Shown here piece after piece: positions 22,965-35,720 of a DNA stretch of 64,000 bases. The notes under the pieces were generated by a model. That model had not been told where the DNA came from and made no database searches. It worked only from the letters and a program-made list of their open reading frames with translations. How positions within the stretch are numbered: the stretch's first letter is position 1; every line of letters begins with the position of its first letter. The position numbers and the translations under genes were made by a program. This DNA comes from Paraspadella gotoi (lineage: Eukaryota; Animalia; Chaetognatha): NCBI GenBank assembly GCA_051294375.1, contig JBJCIZ010000239.1:6425996-6489995 (forward strand). Direction: 5' to 3'.

Positions 22965-23178
22965 CGTTAATAAAGTCAGTCCCTGATGCTTCGGCATCAG
23001 GCTGTAACACCAATGTTTTATACAGGCGGGTGTTATCGCTTCCATCCCTCTTACTGCGTACGGCGGCCACCGGGCATAGAAGCCCGCGACGCTTTGGGTT
23101 GGGAGGCGATGACTTGCTCCCGGACACGCAAATGGCCACTGATGAACGGTTGGTGGATTTTAGTAGCCACCACATAAC
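22965..23178 (-). mobile_element. Degenerate family-1 SINE-like copy
   Basis: Contains 'gcttcggcatcaggctgtaacacc...ttgggttgggaggcgatgacttgc...tgatgaacggttggtggat', matching the other family-1 copies. Confidence 0.65.
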
Positions 23179-26100
23179 ATATAAGTTTAAATTTCAAAAA
23201 AACTTTTTATAATTTATATATACTTTTGAAGTTTCAGCCTTTTTTTTCCAGAACGCCCCATTTTAACTTTAATTCAGAATTAGTTTATTATTTTTAGGTT
23301 AAAGATTAGGATAGAATTTTGGCTTAAGAATTAGGTTAGGATTACGGGTTTAGGTTTAGGGACTAGCAATTTGGGTATAGAGGTTAGGGTGATGAAATAA
23401 AAGTTAGGGGATTTGTTGATGAACCTAAAAAGATATTTAGATTAAATATTAAGGTTAAAATAATTATTATTAATTCATCTTTATGGTATAATATGGTTTG
23501 AGAAATTAAATATAATAAAATGTAGGAATAGCGACTTACAGTTATGCGAATCTGATGGAGGAAGAAAAGAAAAACGATATAAACTCTGACCTCCTGTCTC
23601 TGTCTCTCTCTCTCTCTATCCAATATCTCTCTCTCTCTATCAATATCTCTCTCCTCTCTTCTCCCAAATGGACAAAAATGGAAAGGAAGAGAAAATGACA
23701 TCCTGTCTGCAGAGTGGATCAGGCGAGTTTCGGGAAAGATGAAGATATATCGGAGTTAAAGAGGAGAAGATGGAGAGAGAGAGCGTGTAGAGACGGAAGA
23801 GTCATAATCTTAGCAAGAAAGAAAATCGTAATCACAAAAAAAAACTTTAGATAATCGGATAAACAATTTTGTAGTTAAAAAAATGGTAATTACTTAAATC
23901 AATTAATAAAATTAATAGAACATATTAACACAATTCGAATCTTTTAAATGAAAATTGACAATAAATAATAAATATACGTACATTCGGAGAAATAAAAAAA
24001 TTATCTTAGAATATTTATAAAAATATAAAATGATAATGGATAATAGAACAAGATCGGTTCATCCAAATGTGTTGCGACACGCAGTGATCGTGTAATTTAT
24101 ATCCGTAAAGACATAAACATAAAAACATAAAACATGGGCCGTCACATATAAGATATGATACAAATAACTTTCTTAGGCCTGTGTATTTATGACACGTAAG
24201 TGTGCGTAGTGCATTTGGGGAAAACTTCCCATTCTTTTATTATTTCAGTTTTAGTATTTCTATCTAGTCCCCTTGAGCATTTCGAGGTTTTTTCCTGTCT
24301 CAAAGCAAAATTAGCAGGTATGTGCAAATTATGTTCATGTTTTAACATAAGTAGGACAGACCGATGGAACAAACATAAACCGCGACCGACGAGAAACCGA
24401 CAGACCGACCGACAGACCGAAGCCGAAAAGGTGAACTTATTAGAGTCGCTCTGAGAGTACTCGCGCGCAACCTAAAGACCAAGGGAGACCTTAGATTAAG
24501 GAATCATATATTATATATTAGACAACGAGACCAAAGCGAGTTCCCACCAACGAGCCGTTAAACCAAGAAGAACAGACAAAAGAAAGTACGAACAAGAAGA
24601 GCCGAAGACGAAAATAAAGACAAAAAGAGAAACCATAAAAAGAAGAGCAAAAAAAAAGCGGTTTTGTGATCGAGAATGGGCGGCTTTTTTAGCGCCATAT
24701 ATGAGGGATCCGACTCCCAAGGATGCCGAGTCGGGACAGAGGTAGAGACTTATTGAAATGTATGGCAGACAGCAAGTTCCGGTGGTTGTTTTAAGTTCCA
24801 GACCACGTTGACGGAAGAGAGAGAGAGAGAGCGGAGCGTTTAGGTGTATTTCGGAGAAACGAACACGAACGCGATGATCGACGGACGAGCGGAGAAGTGA
24901 CGCCGTCGAGAGATTGGGTGTTGCAGGACGTAGACAAGAAACAAACAAGGGGAGCCAATAATCCGAAAACGAAAGCGAAAGGAAGAAGAAAAAACTAACT
25001 TAATCACAACGACAGAAGAGAGAGAGAGAGGAGGGAGACGAGAGAGAGAAGAGAGCGAGAAGAAGAGAGAGAGAGAGAAGAGAAGAGAGAGAGAAGCCGG
25101 AGAAGAAGAGAGAGAGAGCGTAATCGGTCGCTTTGTCGACGATGTCCTGGAGTCGCGTGGTTTAAGGCGAAACTCGGTACGAGCTGAAATCGAAAGCCGA
25201 ACGAAATGACGGAACTTCGATTTTCACGCACAACAGAAAATTTTTGATTATTTTTTTGAGGCAACGAAGCCTTCGGATGTTTCTTCTGCATAATTGGCTT
25301 GTACTTTGTCACTTTCTTATCTTTTTTTTTTGTTATTTCTTTCTTTCTTGAGTATCTTTCTTTCTAAGGGGTCTTGTCTTTCTTAATCTTGTCATTTCTT
25401 TCTTGTCTTATCTTTCTTTCTTTGACTTTACTTTCTTTCATTCTAATTTTATTTCTTTCTCTATTTCTTTCTTTTTCCTTTCCTTTCCTTTCCTTTTTTC
25501 TTTCCTTTTCCTTTACATTTGTCACATTAATCCTTTCCTTTTACCTCAAAGAGTCCAGTCATAAATATCACTAACCAATTTAACTAAATATGTAATATAA
25601 ATCCAATGTTATATACAAAACATAGGTTTTGATGCTAAACCAATGTTGGGATCTGCTTTACGATATTAATTAATTATTTAATAGATATTAATTATAATTA
25701 TTAATTAAATTTAATAGATTAATTAATTATTTTAATAATTAATTATAATTTATATTTCAGCTTTTGTCATCTATCTTTGATGCTCCCTATAATTTTGAGT
25801 CAAGTCCGTTTTACCTCATTCGCTTATTTTTTAATATTGTTCTCTTTGCTCTTTCCTTTTCTTTACCTTATTTTTCCTTTCAATTTTCAATACCTACTAA
25901 ATCCTTACATTAATTTTATCCTCCTCTATTCCTTTCTTTTTTCCCATCCTTTCTTCTATCTCCGTACGCTTTCCGAGATTTCCCCTTATTTTCTTCTTTT
26001 TATTAGTTTGATTTTTGTTTCATTTTTTAAACCTTTCTCTTTTTCTCGCAGATTGAACTTTTCCAAAACCGTCTAGGAAGGGCAAAAAATCGCCGGAATT

Positions 26101-27545
26101 AGTTACGCGCTCATCCGCGGGATTTTCGTTCACGCAATTCGCCTTGCTCCTCCTCGGAACTTGATGTCGTTGATCCGCTCAGATTTTTTCACTGTTGAAT
26201 TTCGCTGCGTGATCTTTTACCTCGTTATGAACGGTTGGTGGATTTTAGTCCACCATAACATATATATTAATTCAAAAATATTATAATTTATATATACTTT
26301 GAAGTTTCAGCCTTTTTTTTCCAGAACGCCCCATTTAACCTTTAATTCAGAATTAGTTTATTATTTTAGGTTAAAGATTAGGATAGAATTTTGGCCCTTA
26401 AGAATTAGGTAAGAGGATTACGGGTTTTAGGGTTACGGGCTACTAAGCAATTTTGGGTTTAAGGAGGGTAGGCGGTGAGGACAATGAAGTTAGGGATTTT
26501 GTTGTATGAACCTAAAAAGATCATTAGATTGAAATAATTAGGTTAAAATTATTATTATTATTCATCTTTATGGTCATATGGTTTGAGAAATTAAATATAA
26601 TAAAATGTAGGATAGCGACTTACATTGATCGAATCTGATGGAGGAAGAAGAAGAAAAACGATAAAACGTGACCTCTCTCTGTCTCTCTCTCTCTCTATCA
26701 ATATCTCTCTCTCTCTCTCTCTCTCTATCAATATCTCTCTCTCTCTCTCTCCCAAATGGACAAAAATGGAAAGGAAGAGAAAATGACATTCTGCAGAGTG
26801 GATCCACGCGGTTTGTGACGGCACGAACGTTTCGGGGTTAAAGAGGGTTGAGAAAGATTGAGAGAGAGAGAGCGAGAGAGAAGGTCATATCTACATAGAA
26901 AAAAAAAAAATCGAAATCACAAAAAAAACTTTAGATAATCGTGATAAACAATTTTGTAGTAAAAAAATGGTAATTTCTAAATCATTAATAAAATTAAGAA
27001 CATATTAACAACAATTTGAATCCTTTAAAATGAAAATTGACAATAAATAAAATTACGTAATTCGGAAAAAAAAAAATTGTTAAGAATATTAAAAAAAAAA
27101 ACTGAAATGGTAAAGAAACAAGATCGGTTCATCCAATGTGTTGCGCCGCAGTGACTCGTGTATTTTTCGTGACATAACATAACATAACATGGCGCGACAT
27201 GATAAGATTACATGACTACAATAACTTTCTTAGCCTGTGTATTTATGACACGTAGTGGCGTAGTGCATTGGAATTCCATCTTTTATTATTTTCAGTTTTA
27301 GTATTTCCTGAAATCGAGTCCCTGAGATTTGAGGTTTTTTCTGTCTCAACAAATTAGCAGGTATGTGCAAATTATGTTCATTTTTAACATAAGTAGGACA
27401 GACCGATGGACAAACATACCGACCGAGAAACCGACAGACCGACCGACAGACCGACCGAAAGGTGACTTATAGAGTCGCTCTGAGAGTACTCGCGGCGCAA
27501 CTAAAAGACCAAGGGAGACCTTAGATTAAGGAATCAAATATAAAT
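23150..27545. repeat. Direct duplication: ~23150-24510 repeated at ~26225-27545
   Basis: Same order of landmarks in both copies (cagaacgcccca, TTAGG-like degenerate tract, tctgcagagtggatc, gatcggttcatccaa, gaccgacagaccga, agagtcgctctgagagtactcgc, gacctagattaaggaatca-like end), with many small indels. Confidence 0.8.
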
Positions 27546-27887
27546 ATTACAGCAAACTAAAAAAAAAAAAAACGAAAAAGAAAGAAAGAAAGAAAAAAAG
27601 ACAAAAAGAAAGAAAGAGAGAAAAAAAAGTTCGCTGGAAACCCAAGACTGGAAGGAGCAGAAAGTCGGAAGTCAGAATGTGACGGGAGAGAAGAGAGAGA
27701 GAGAGAGAGAAGAGAGAAGAGAGAGAAAAAGAGAAAGAGAGAGAGAAAGAGAAATAGAGAGAGAGAGAGAAACTCTTAAGTAAAACCAAAGAGCAGCATT
27801 AAATATCTAACCAAAATAACTAAAAAGTAAATAAAATCATGTAAATAAAAACAAAAACAAGTTTGAGCAAACAATGTCGGATCTGCC

Positions 27888-28523
27888 NNNNNNNNNNNNN
27901 NNNNNNNNNNNNNNNNNNNNNNNNNNNNNNNNNNNNNNNNNNNNNNNNNNNNNNNNNNNNNNNNNNNNNNNNNNNNNNNNNNNNNNNNNNNNNNNNNNNN
28001 NNNNNNNNNNNNNNNNNNNNNNNNNNNNNNNNNNNNNNNNNNNNNNNNNNNNNNNNNNNNNNNNNNNNNNNNNNNNNNNNNNNNNNNNNNNNNNNNNNNN
28101 NNNNNNNNNNNNNNNNNNNNNNNNNNNNNNNNNNNNNNNNNNNNNNNNNNNNNNNNNNNNNNNNNNNNNNNNNNNNNNNNNNNNNNNNNNNNNNNNNNNN
28201 NNNNNNNNNNNNNNNNNNNNNNNNNNNNNNNNNNNNNNNNNNNNNNNNNNNNNNNNNNNNNNNNNNNNNNNNNNNNNNNNNNNNNNNNNNNNNNNNNNNN
28301 NNNNNNNNNNNNNNNNNNNNNNNNNNNNNNNNNNNNNNNNNNNNNNNNNNNNNNNNNNNNNNNNNNNNNNNNNNNNNNNNNNNNNNNNNNNNNNNNNNNN
28401 NNNNNNNNNNNNNNNNNNNNNNNNNNNNNNNNNNNNNNNNNNNNNNNNNNNNNNNNNNNNNNNNNNNNNNNNNNNNNNNNNNNNNNNNNNNNNNNNNNNN
28501 NNNNNNNNNNNNNNNNNNNNNNN
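27888..28523. other. Assembly gap (N run); other gaps at ~6932, 22426, 36435, 50225, 52449 and 54104
   Basis: Runs of N in the sequence. Confidence 0.99.
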
Positions 28524-29556
28524 ATCTGCCTTACGATTAATTCATTTAATAGTAATTAATAGGATTAATTTAATTAAATAATTAATTAATTAATTTAATT
28601 AATTAAATTAATAGATTAATGAATTATTTAATTTAATATTAATGTAATTTATATTCAGCTTGTCATCGATGTCTTAAAATTGAGGAGTCAGGACAGTTAT
28701 TAAATGTTTTGTTTACATTTTATCAAAACAAACAAATATCCTCTATTATCGAGCAGGCGGGCAAAGCGCCGTCTGTTTTTGATTCGGTTTAAGCTTTCGG
28801 TCTACGCCTTTTTTTGCAATCATGGCTTCTGAAAGTGTGATATATAGGGAGTTGAAAATTCATATATGGCTTCTAAGATCAAGATCTTTAAAATTCTCAT
28901 GTATTCCATATCAATATTCGTATTTGTTTATGTTTTATTTACAAAAACAAAAACGTTTTAATTATATGTCGCTCTCTCTCTCTCTTTTCTTTTAAATTAT
29001 ATGTCGCTCTCTCTCTCTCTCTATTTCTCCGTCACTGCTTCTTCTGATTTGTCTAAAAAACGAGTTCCGGCTCTGCAGCGTCTGTCCAGCTTCTTTCTCT
29101 CTCCTCTCTCTCTTCTCTCGTCTCTTTGTTTTTTATTTTTGACAAAAAAATTTTAGATAAAATTGGGCTCACTAATGTTAAAAAAACGACATGCGCGAAG
29201 AGGCGAGACCCGGGTCCTTTGGGTAGAGAAGACTCACGCTATGTCCGGCGCCATAGGCTACTGCTGATTCTTTAACGAGTAAAGGGCTGTAGACCTTCTC
29301 TCTCCTCTCTCTCTTTAATTATTATATATCGCTCTTTCTCTCTCTCTTTTTTTTTGCAGCGGCTGTCTCTCTCTCTCTTTTTCTCTCTGTGTGTGTCGTG
29401 TCCCTCTCTGTTGCCGATCTCTTTGCGTGATCGTTTTTGTTTTTTGAAAAATTCTGATTATTTTTTCCTTCTAAAAACTTTTTTAATTATACCATTTATT
29501 CCGCGCTTTTTTCAATAACAAAATCCTAGTATTTTCATCCGAGATTTTCGTGGATT

Positions 29557-29588
<32 letters not shown>

Positions 29589-30114
29589 TCACTTTCCTTC
29601 TTCTCCCAATTGGTGAGATGCCTCTTAAATTTATTGCTTTCGGATTTAACCACTCCTATACTGGGCCCTTCCTGCGAATCTCTCTCGCGTCTACGGAGGT
29701 CTTCAGTGGGCGGGTTCGAACTTCCTGTCTCTTAACGAATACATATTCGGCAGCTGTTGCCGAGATTGGTCGGTCAGATGTGCACTGAGGTTGGTCGTAT
29801 GCGCGCTGACGGGGGAGTGGCTGGTTACGCTCTGGGCGCCACCTAAGTGATCCTCGATTTTGTCTAAATGTATGTCGTCCTCGACGATGACTTTCGACAG
29901 AGTGAAGTCGGGTCGTGCGGTTGAGGCGCTGCCACGCATGACGCCTAGGAGACACATTAACTTGCCATCACATGTCGCTGGAAATGGATGACTCGCCTTC
30001 TGCCGGATCAGACACCTTCACATCATTTTTTTTGCATAATTTATCATAATTCGATGTTCATTCAATTTCCTGGAAAAAAAAAAGAACTCGGTTTTCCTTC
30101 TCTTCTCAGCTTTG

Positions 30115-30672
30115 ATTTCAACCCCATCAGATAAACTTGATTCCAACCCAATCATCTAAACTCTATTCCAACCCCATCATAGCCAAAACTCGATTTTAAC
30201 TCCATATCTAAAACTCATATTCAACCCCATCAGCAAAACTCGATTTTCTAACTCCAATTGTCTTAAACTCTATTCCAACCCCATCAGCAAAAAACTCCAA
30301 TTCTAACTCCATCGTCTAAACTCTCATTCCAAACCCCATCAGCAAAACTCGATATTCTAACTCCATCGTCTAAACTCTATTCCAACCCCATCAGCTAAAA
30401 CTCTATTCTAACTCCCATCATGCTAAGAACTCATATGTCAACCTCATCAGCACAAAACTCAATTCTTACTCCATCGTCCTAAACTCGTATTTCCAAACCC
30501 CATCAGGTAAAACTCGATTCTAACTCCATCGTCTAAACTCTATTCCAACCCCATCAGCAAAACTCGATCCTAACTCTATCGTCTAAACTCTATTCCAACC
30601 CCATCAGCAAAACTCGATTCTAACTCCATCGTCTAAACTCTATTCCAACCCCATCAGCTAAACTCGATTCTT
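30115..30672. repeat. Tandem array of a 50-bp unit built from two alternating ~25-bp monomers, about 11 copies
   Basis: Unit AAAACTCGATTCTAACTCCATCGTC / TAAACTCTATTCCAACCCCATCAGC. Cleanest at 30510-30660 and more degenerate to the left. Confidence 0.92.
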
Positions 30673-31389
30673 ACAGAACTAAAAGTGATATTTTTTATCT
30701 AATCCAATCAATTTCACATTCACGGTTCAATTTTTTTTAAAGTTAAAATTATTATGTTTTTTATTCTTGTTTTTTGTTTTCTTGTTTTTTTTTCTTCTTG
30801 TTTTGCCAAAAAGAAAACTAGGAAAAAAAATGCGATGGAAAATCATTCATGTCTGTCTGTCCGTAGGTACTTTAATATACTTATATATCATACTTGTGAA
30901 GTCACGTGATTAATTTAAAAATAATCACATGACCCAAAATTCTATGCTGCTTATATTTTGATGCTCTTTTGTTATTTTTGCTGCCTCGAATCTAAGTGAC
31001 AACTAGCGCTAGCTTTTGTTTTTAAACAAAGTGTACAAAGAATTGTATAAAGAATAAAAGACGTTGTTCGAGGCAGTGACTGTTGAACTTTTCATGGAAA
31101 TACACGTAATAAAAAAGTCACTGCGGCCCAACACACATTGAAATCTCTATTATTGTTTTTCTTCTTTTTTTTGCCCGCGGGTTGGATAATATTAATAAGA
31201 AGGGAATTACGGTGTGAGGCGAAATTAAGAATTTGTTTTTCTCGGACGTGTCATGCGCACCATCGCGGCGTCTCACCGTGTCAGAACCCTCGACACATGT
31301 CAGTTTTGTAGATCGGCAAGTGGAGAAACGATATTATAACACTACTCGAGTCTTATCATCATTATCGACGCCAACCTTCGAGTTGAAGG

Positions 31390-33330
31390 GAACCCAAGCA
31401 CGGGGTTACACACTTGATACCAACGGAAGTAAGGCCTTGTCAAGCACAGGCCCGCGCCTCGATCCGGAGAAGCTGGCCGTCGACAAAACGGAACTCGAAT
31501 GAATGGGTACTCGAGTCGGCGTCGCAAGCAAGGAAAATCGAATGGTTCCTTGCTGCTGCATGTAGTATCCAAAACCAGACGGGGGTTCGGTGCGTGGCGG
31601 GCTATAGTTTAGGGTGGCAGTGAAATGAAAAGATTGAGTGATTGAACATTATTTTTTTGCTGCCTATGGATATATATTAAGGAATTTTAAATCCTTTTAA
31701 AATTTTTTTAGCATAACAGTATAGCAAATTCAATTATTTATGTAGTAATATCTTATAAAATCGTCAAATTTTCAAATATTTTTTTTTATTTTTAAGAACT
31801 GATTTGGATTCGCTGTAAAAAACTAAGAAACTTTTATAAAATATGTTATATGATATTATTAATGTTTAGATCATAAAAAATGACTAAAAACGTTTTAACA
31901 TATATAAGTTCTACTACAGAGAATAAAAAAGTCAGGAATGTTTTACCTTTTTCTTTATTTTAAACATTGAAGATGACAGAATTTTTGATAACATGTTTTA
32001 TATTTTGATTAACTTTTTATGAGAATCTGATTATTATATTAAAAGTTTTATTAAAAATTATTTTTAAAATTTATATTTTATAAGGATATTACTACAAATA
32101 TATTATATTTTACTATTCTGTTTCCCGAGATAATATGAATGAAATATTTTTTGTCATTGTTAATCATACTATCTACATCTAAATATCATTGTTCGATCAT
32201 TCAAATAAATTTTTTGTTCTTGAGTGCTCCACTCTACTATAGGTGACAGTGAAGTTGTTAACCGACTTTAATTCACAGTTGGAAGGAAAGACCATTTTTT
32301 CTAAAATAGATCTATTAAAAGGATATCACCAAATCCCTGTGAATCCAGAAGACATGAAAAAAACCGCCCTCATTACGCCTTTTGGGTTGTATGTTTTCCC
32401 CCGCTGTCCGTTCGGCCTCAAAAACGCAGGACAGGACTTCCAGCGGCTTATGGACGAAGTCCTGGGAGACATACCCCATACTTTTGTTTACCTTGACGAT
32501 ATCCTCGTCGCCTTGACAATGCCAGAAGAACATCTTCAGGATCTTGACCGCATTTTCAAGGCCCTCAATGCAAATGGTCTCGTGGTAAACACGAAAAAGT
32601 GTCTGTTGGGCCCGGACTCTCTGGAGTTCCTAGGGTTCTTAGTCGATAAGAACGGAATGAGGCCGCTTCCAGAACGCGTTCAAATGCTACAGGAAACTGC
32701 TCGACCCACGACGATAAAGGAACTGCAGAGATTTCTGGGGATGATGAATTACTACAGGCGTTTCATCCCCAGAGTCCTTGGCCAAACTCGCCAAAAACCA
32801 ACGCTTATGGCCTCCGTTCGATAAAGAATTTTTCAGTGCCTTCAAAACTGTCCGCCACTCCAGGCACTGGGTCGAAGGGAGATCATTTACCTTGTATACG
32901 GATCACCAAAGCCTGGTGACGGCGATTCGAAAGAAAAGCAGGTCTCAGACCGTTCGTCAGTCGTATCAGGCTCTCAGTGATTCGCTGAGTTTACGACAGA
33001 CGTGCGTTATTTAAGAGTAAGGCCAACGTTGTGGTCGACGCCCTCTCGCGGCCAAACTCAAGCGTCAAATTCGAATCGCTAGGAGTCGAAGTGGCAGGCC
33101 ACAAGCCGACGGACATTCGCTCATCAAAAACCCCGTTATCCATCTCCGACCAATCTCGACACGCCGGCTCAACACGTTTTCGTCAGGCAAGCAGGCATTC
33201 ATCCTCCACGTGCAGCGACCATATGAAGGACCTACCCTGTAGTGAATCGCAACGGCCTTAACGTCACCATCAAAATCCCAAGTAAAGGCCGCGAAATGCT
33301 AAACATCGCCCGCGTCAAACCAGCGTGGGT
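31390..33330 (+). pseudogene. Ty3/gypsy-type pol remnant (RT, partial RNase H, integrase C-terminal tail), frameshifted, internally deleted and interrupted by a MITE
   Basis: 31390-31609 encodes degenerate 'HGVTH...RLDPEKLA...LHVVSKPDGG'. 32243-32824 encodes '[15 protein letters not shown]...[11 protein letters not shown]...[15 protein letters not shown]...VYLDDILVA...[13 protein letters not shown]'. Later come 'FTLYTDHQSL', 'VVDALSR' and 'GPxPVVNR...RVKPAW'. No integrase core or LTRs were seen. Confidence 0.9.
31610..32236. mobile_element. hAT-type MITE nested in the gypsy RT
   Basis: Termini TAGGGTGG...CCACTCTA, near-perfect 8-bp TSD CTATAGTT/CTATAGGT, and an internal sequence homologous to 51032-51674. 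Confidence 0.8.
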
Positions 33331-34082
33331 TTCCAACGAGACGTTGGAGGTCGATCAGGGACAATCCTCAGGCGACGCCCAGCAGGCCGCCAGCCCGGCC
33401 TAGACGAGACGAGGAACGCCGGCAGAGAACAACTTCGGACAACTCGTTCAAATATTCAACGCACAGGGTCGCGCGCGACCGGTTTCCTCCTCCTCCTTCC
33501 CCTCCTCACTCCCAACCACCCCACCTTCCCCCAACCCACCCTCGTCCTTTTACGTCTTTTCCTCCCTCCTCTCTCCTCAGCCTCCATGCGCAGAGAGAGT
33601 CAATCCCCAGAAGCGAGAAGAGAAGAATCACAACAACAACAACAACGAAAAGGAAAAAACAAACTCACGATCGAAAGATCCTCAAAAACCAACGCCAGAG
33701 AACTTTTCTAGCAGGATGCCAATCACTAATCGGCCCCCACTTACTCTGTCGTGCTCAAGGAGATGCTTCGACGTCAAAAAAATACAGAATGACAACAACA
33801 ACAACGACGAAAGAAGAAAGACAAAAATAAAACCCCCCTGTCGACCTAATTGACAGTCGAGCATCTTCGTCCCGGCATCCTCGGTCTTCCTCCGCGTCTC
33901 CCTCGCTCCGACTGTCAATATTAACGTCGTTACCCATAGTGTTTTTGGAAATTTTGGTAAATTTTGGAAATTTTTCATTTAGATTTTGTGAAATTTATTT
34001 TTATATTTCTATATTTATTATCACATACTTTCAGTCACAACAAGATGGACGCACAACATTTTTGTTTATTATATATTACAAC

Positions 34083-34212
34083 AGGGGGGCATGAGGCCAC
34101 TTGAGCGAATCAGATCTTTTATAGAAATAATTCATCCCATGTTGGATTCGAACCATCAGAACTCAAGTTCTGAGTGACTCGAGCTACAGCTCTGGGCCAC
34201 TCAGACGGCGCT
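34083..34212 (-). mobile_element. Short tRNA-derived SINE (family 3); sister copies on plus at 34385-34515 and 36578-36710
   Basis: B-box GGTTCGAATCC in all three copies, A-box-like TGGCTCTGAGTTG, and shared tail GCCCCC-TGTT(A/G)TAAT. Confidence 0.65.
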
Positions 34213-34799
34213 GATTTTCTCAGCGATTTGTTTTCATTTAAAGCTTTAAATCTCGATTTAGAAATCTTTTGTTTTTCTTAAAACAGTTTGCTCTGTTCAC
34301 AAAAGATGTCTTGGCGCCATTTGGCGCCAACTTCGTTTTCTTGTTTTTAAAGTTTTAAATAGGTTTAGATTTGGTTGAGGAATCAGGGCTGTCTGGATGG
34401 CTCTGAGTTGTAACTCAGGTCGTCCAGAGCTCGAGTTCGATGGTTCGAATCCATAAGTGGAGGAATTATTTCTGTAATGAGATTTGATTCACTCGAGCGG
34501 CCCATGCCCCCGCTGTTATAATCCATGTTGTCGGCTTGTTTGAGAAGTTCTCCGACACGTTGGTTTTGAGAATCTTGTTCATCGTTGGCTCATTCATCTT
34601 TTTTCGTTGTTATTGTTGTTGCTTCTTTTGCTCATTTTCTCTTTGTTCGGACCCGTCTCGCGTGGAAGCTGCAGAGAAGAGGAAGAGGGAGCAAAAAGCG
34701 TAAAGGGGGGGATGGTGGGTGGGGGAGAGGGTGGGGAACTTGGGGCTGGGTCAGTGAGGGAGGGAGGAGGAGGAGAAGAAAGAAGGAGCGGCATAGAAG

Positions 34800-35720
34800 G
34801 TGAGGCCGCTTCCAGAACGCGTTAAAATGGCTACAGGAAACTGCTCGACCCGACGAGCGATAAAAAGAACCTGCAAGAGATTTCTGGGGATGATAAATTA
34901 CTACAGGCGTTTCATCCCCAGAGTCAACCACCAGATTCGCGTCCTTGTACGAGGCCCTCGCAGTGGGCAAGTCCGAAAAATTCTGGACTGGACAAACGAC
35001 TGTGAACAAGCGTTTCAGATCCAAGCGGCATTACTTCATCATCCTGGAACCGGAGCAAAACTTTGCATCAAAACGGACTGTCAGATTTGGCCATGTGAGC
35101 AGTGCTGGAGCAAAGAGGCCCAAAAGGATGGGAAGCCTCTGGCCTTTTTCTTGGCCAAGCCGGCCAAAGAAAACAACGCTTATGGCCTCCGTTCGATAAC
35201 GAACTTTTCGGCGCCTTCAAAGCTGTCCGCCACTCCAAAGCACAGGGTCCGAAGGTAGATCATTTACCTTGTATACGGATCACCAAAGCCTGGTGACGGC
35301 GATTCAAAAGAAAGAAGAGTCTCAGACCGTTCGTCAGTCGTATCAGCTCTCAGTGATCGCTGAGTTTACGACAGACGTGCATTATTTTAAAGAGTAAGGC
35401 CACGTTGTGGCCGACGCCCTCTCGGCGGCCAAACTCAACGTCAAATTCGAAATCTTGAGTCGAAGTGGGCAGGCCACAACGCCGACGGCGGACATTCCGT
35501 CATGCAAAAACGCCGTTATCCATCTCACCGACCAATCTCGACACTACACCCCTCAAACACGTTTTCGTCAGGCGAGCAGGCATTCATCTCCCCACTTACA
35601 GCACCCATTAAGGACCTTACCGTGTAGTGAATCGCAACGGCCTTAACGTCACCAATCAAAAGTCCCAAGTAAAGAGCCGCGAAATTGCTCTAACATCGTC
35701 CCGCGTCAAACCAGCGTGGG
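34800..35720 (+). pseudogene. Second gypsy pol remnant (RT thumb, RNase H, integrase tail), heavily frameshifted; a third short start at ~37385
   Basis: Homologous to 32650-33330 ('RPLPERV...[13 protein letters not shown]', 'KPLAFF', 'TDHQSL', 'ADALS', 'RVKPAW'). It retains connection sequence that the first copy lacks. Confidence 0.85.

Noticed and set aside
23300-23420. Interstitial telomere (TTAGG/TTAGGG-like tracts; also ~26350, ~40950, ~43500)
   Set aside because: Highly degenerate and always inside a MITE-like family with shared CCAAAAGCGCCCCA / CAGAACGCCCCA ends.
27863-28581. Poly-X ORFs and ER/SL/FL-repeat ORFs throughout the window
   Set aside because: Artefacts of N gaps and of (GA)n, (CTTT)n, (TAA)n and (GAA)-rich microsatellites.
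30115-30672. CRISPR-like array
   Set aside because: There are no unique spacers, the units are contiguous, the context is eukaryotic and no cas genes are present.
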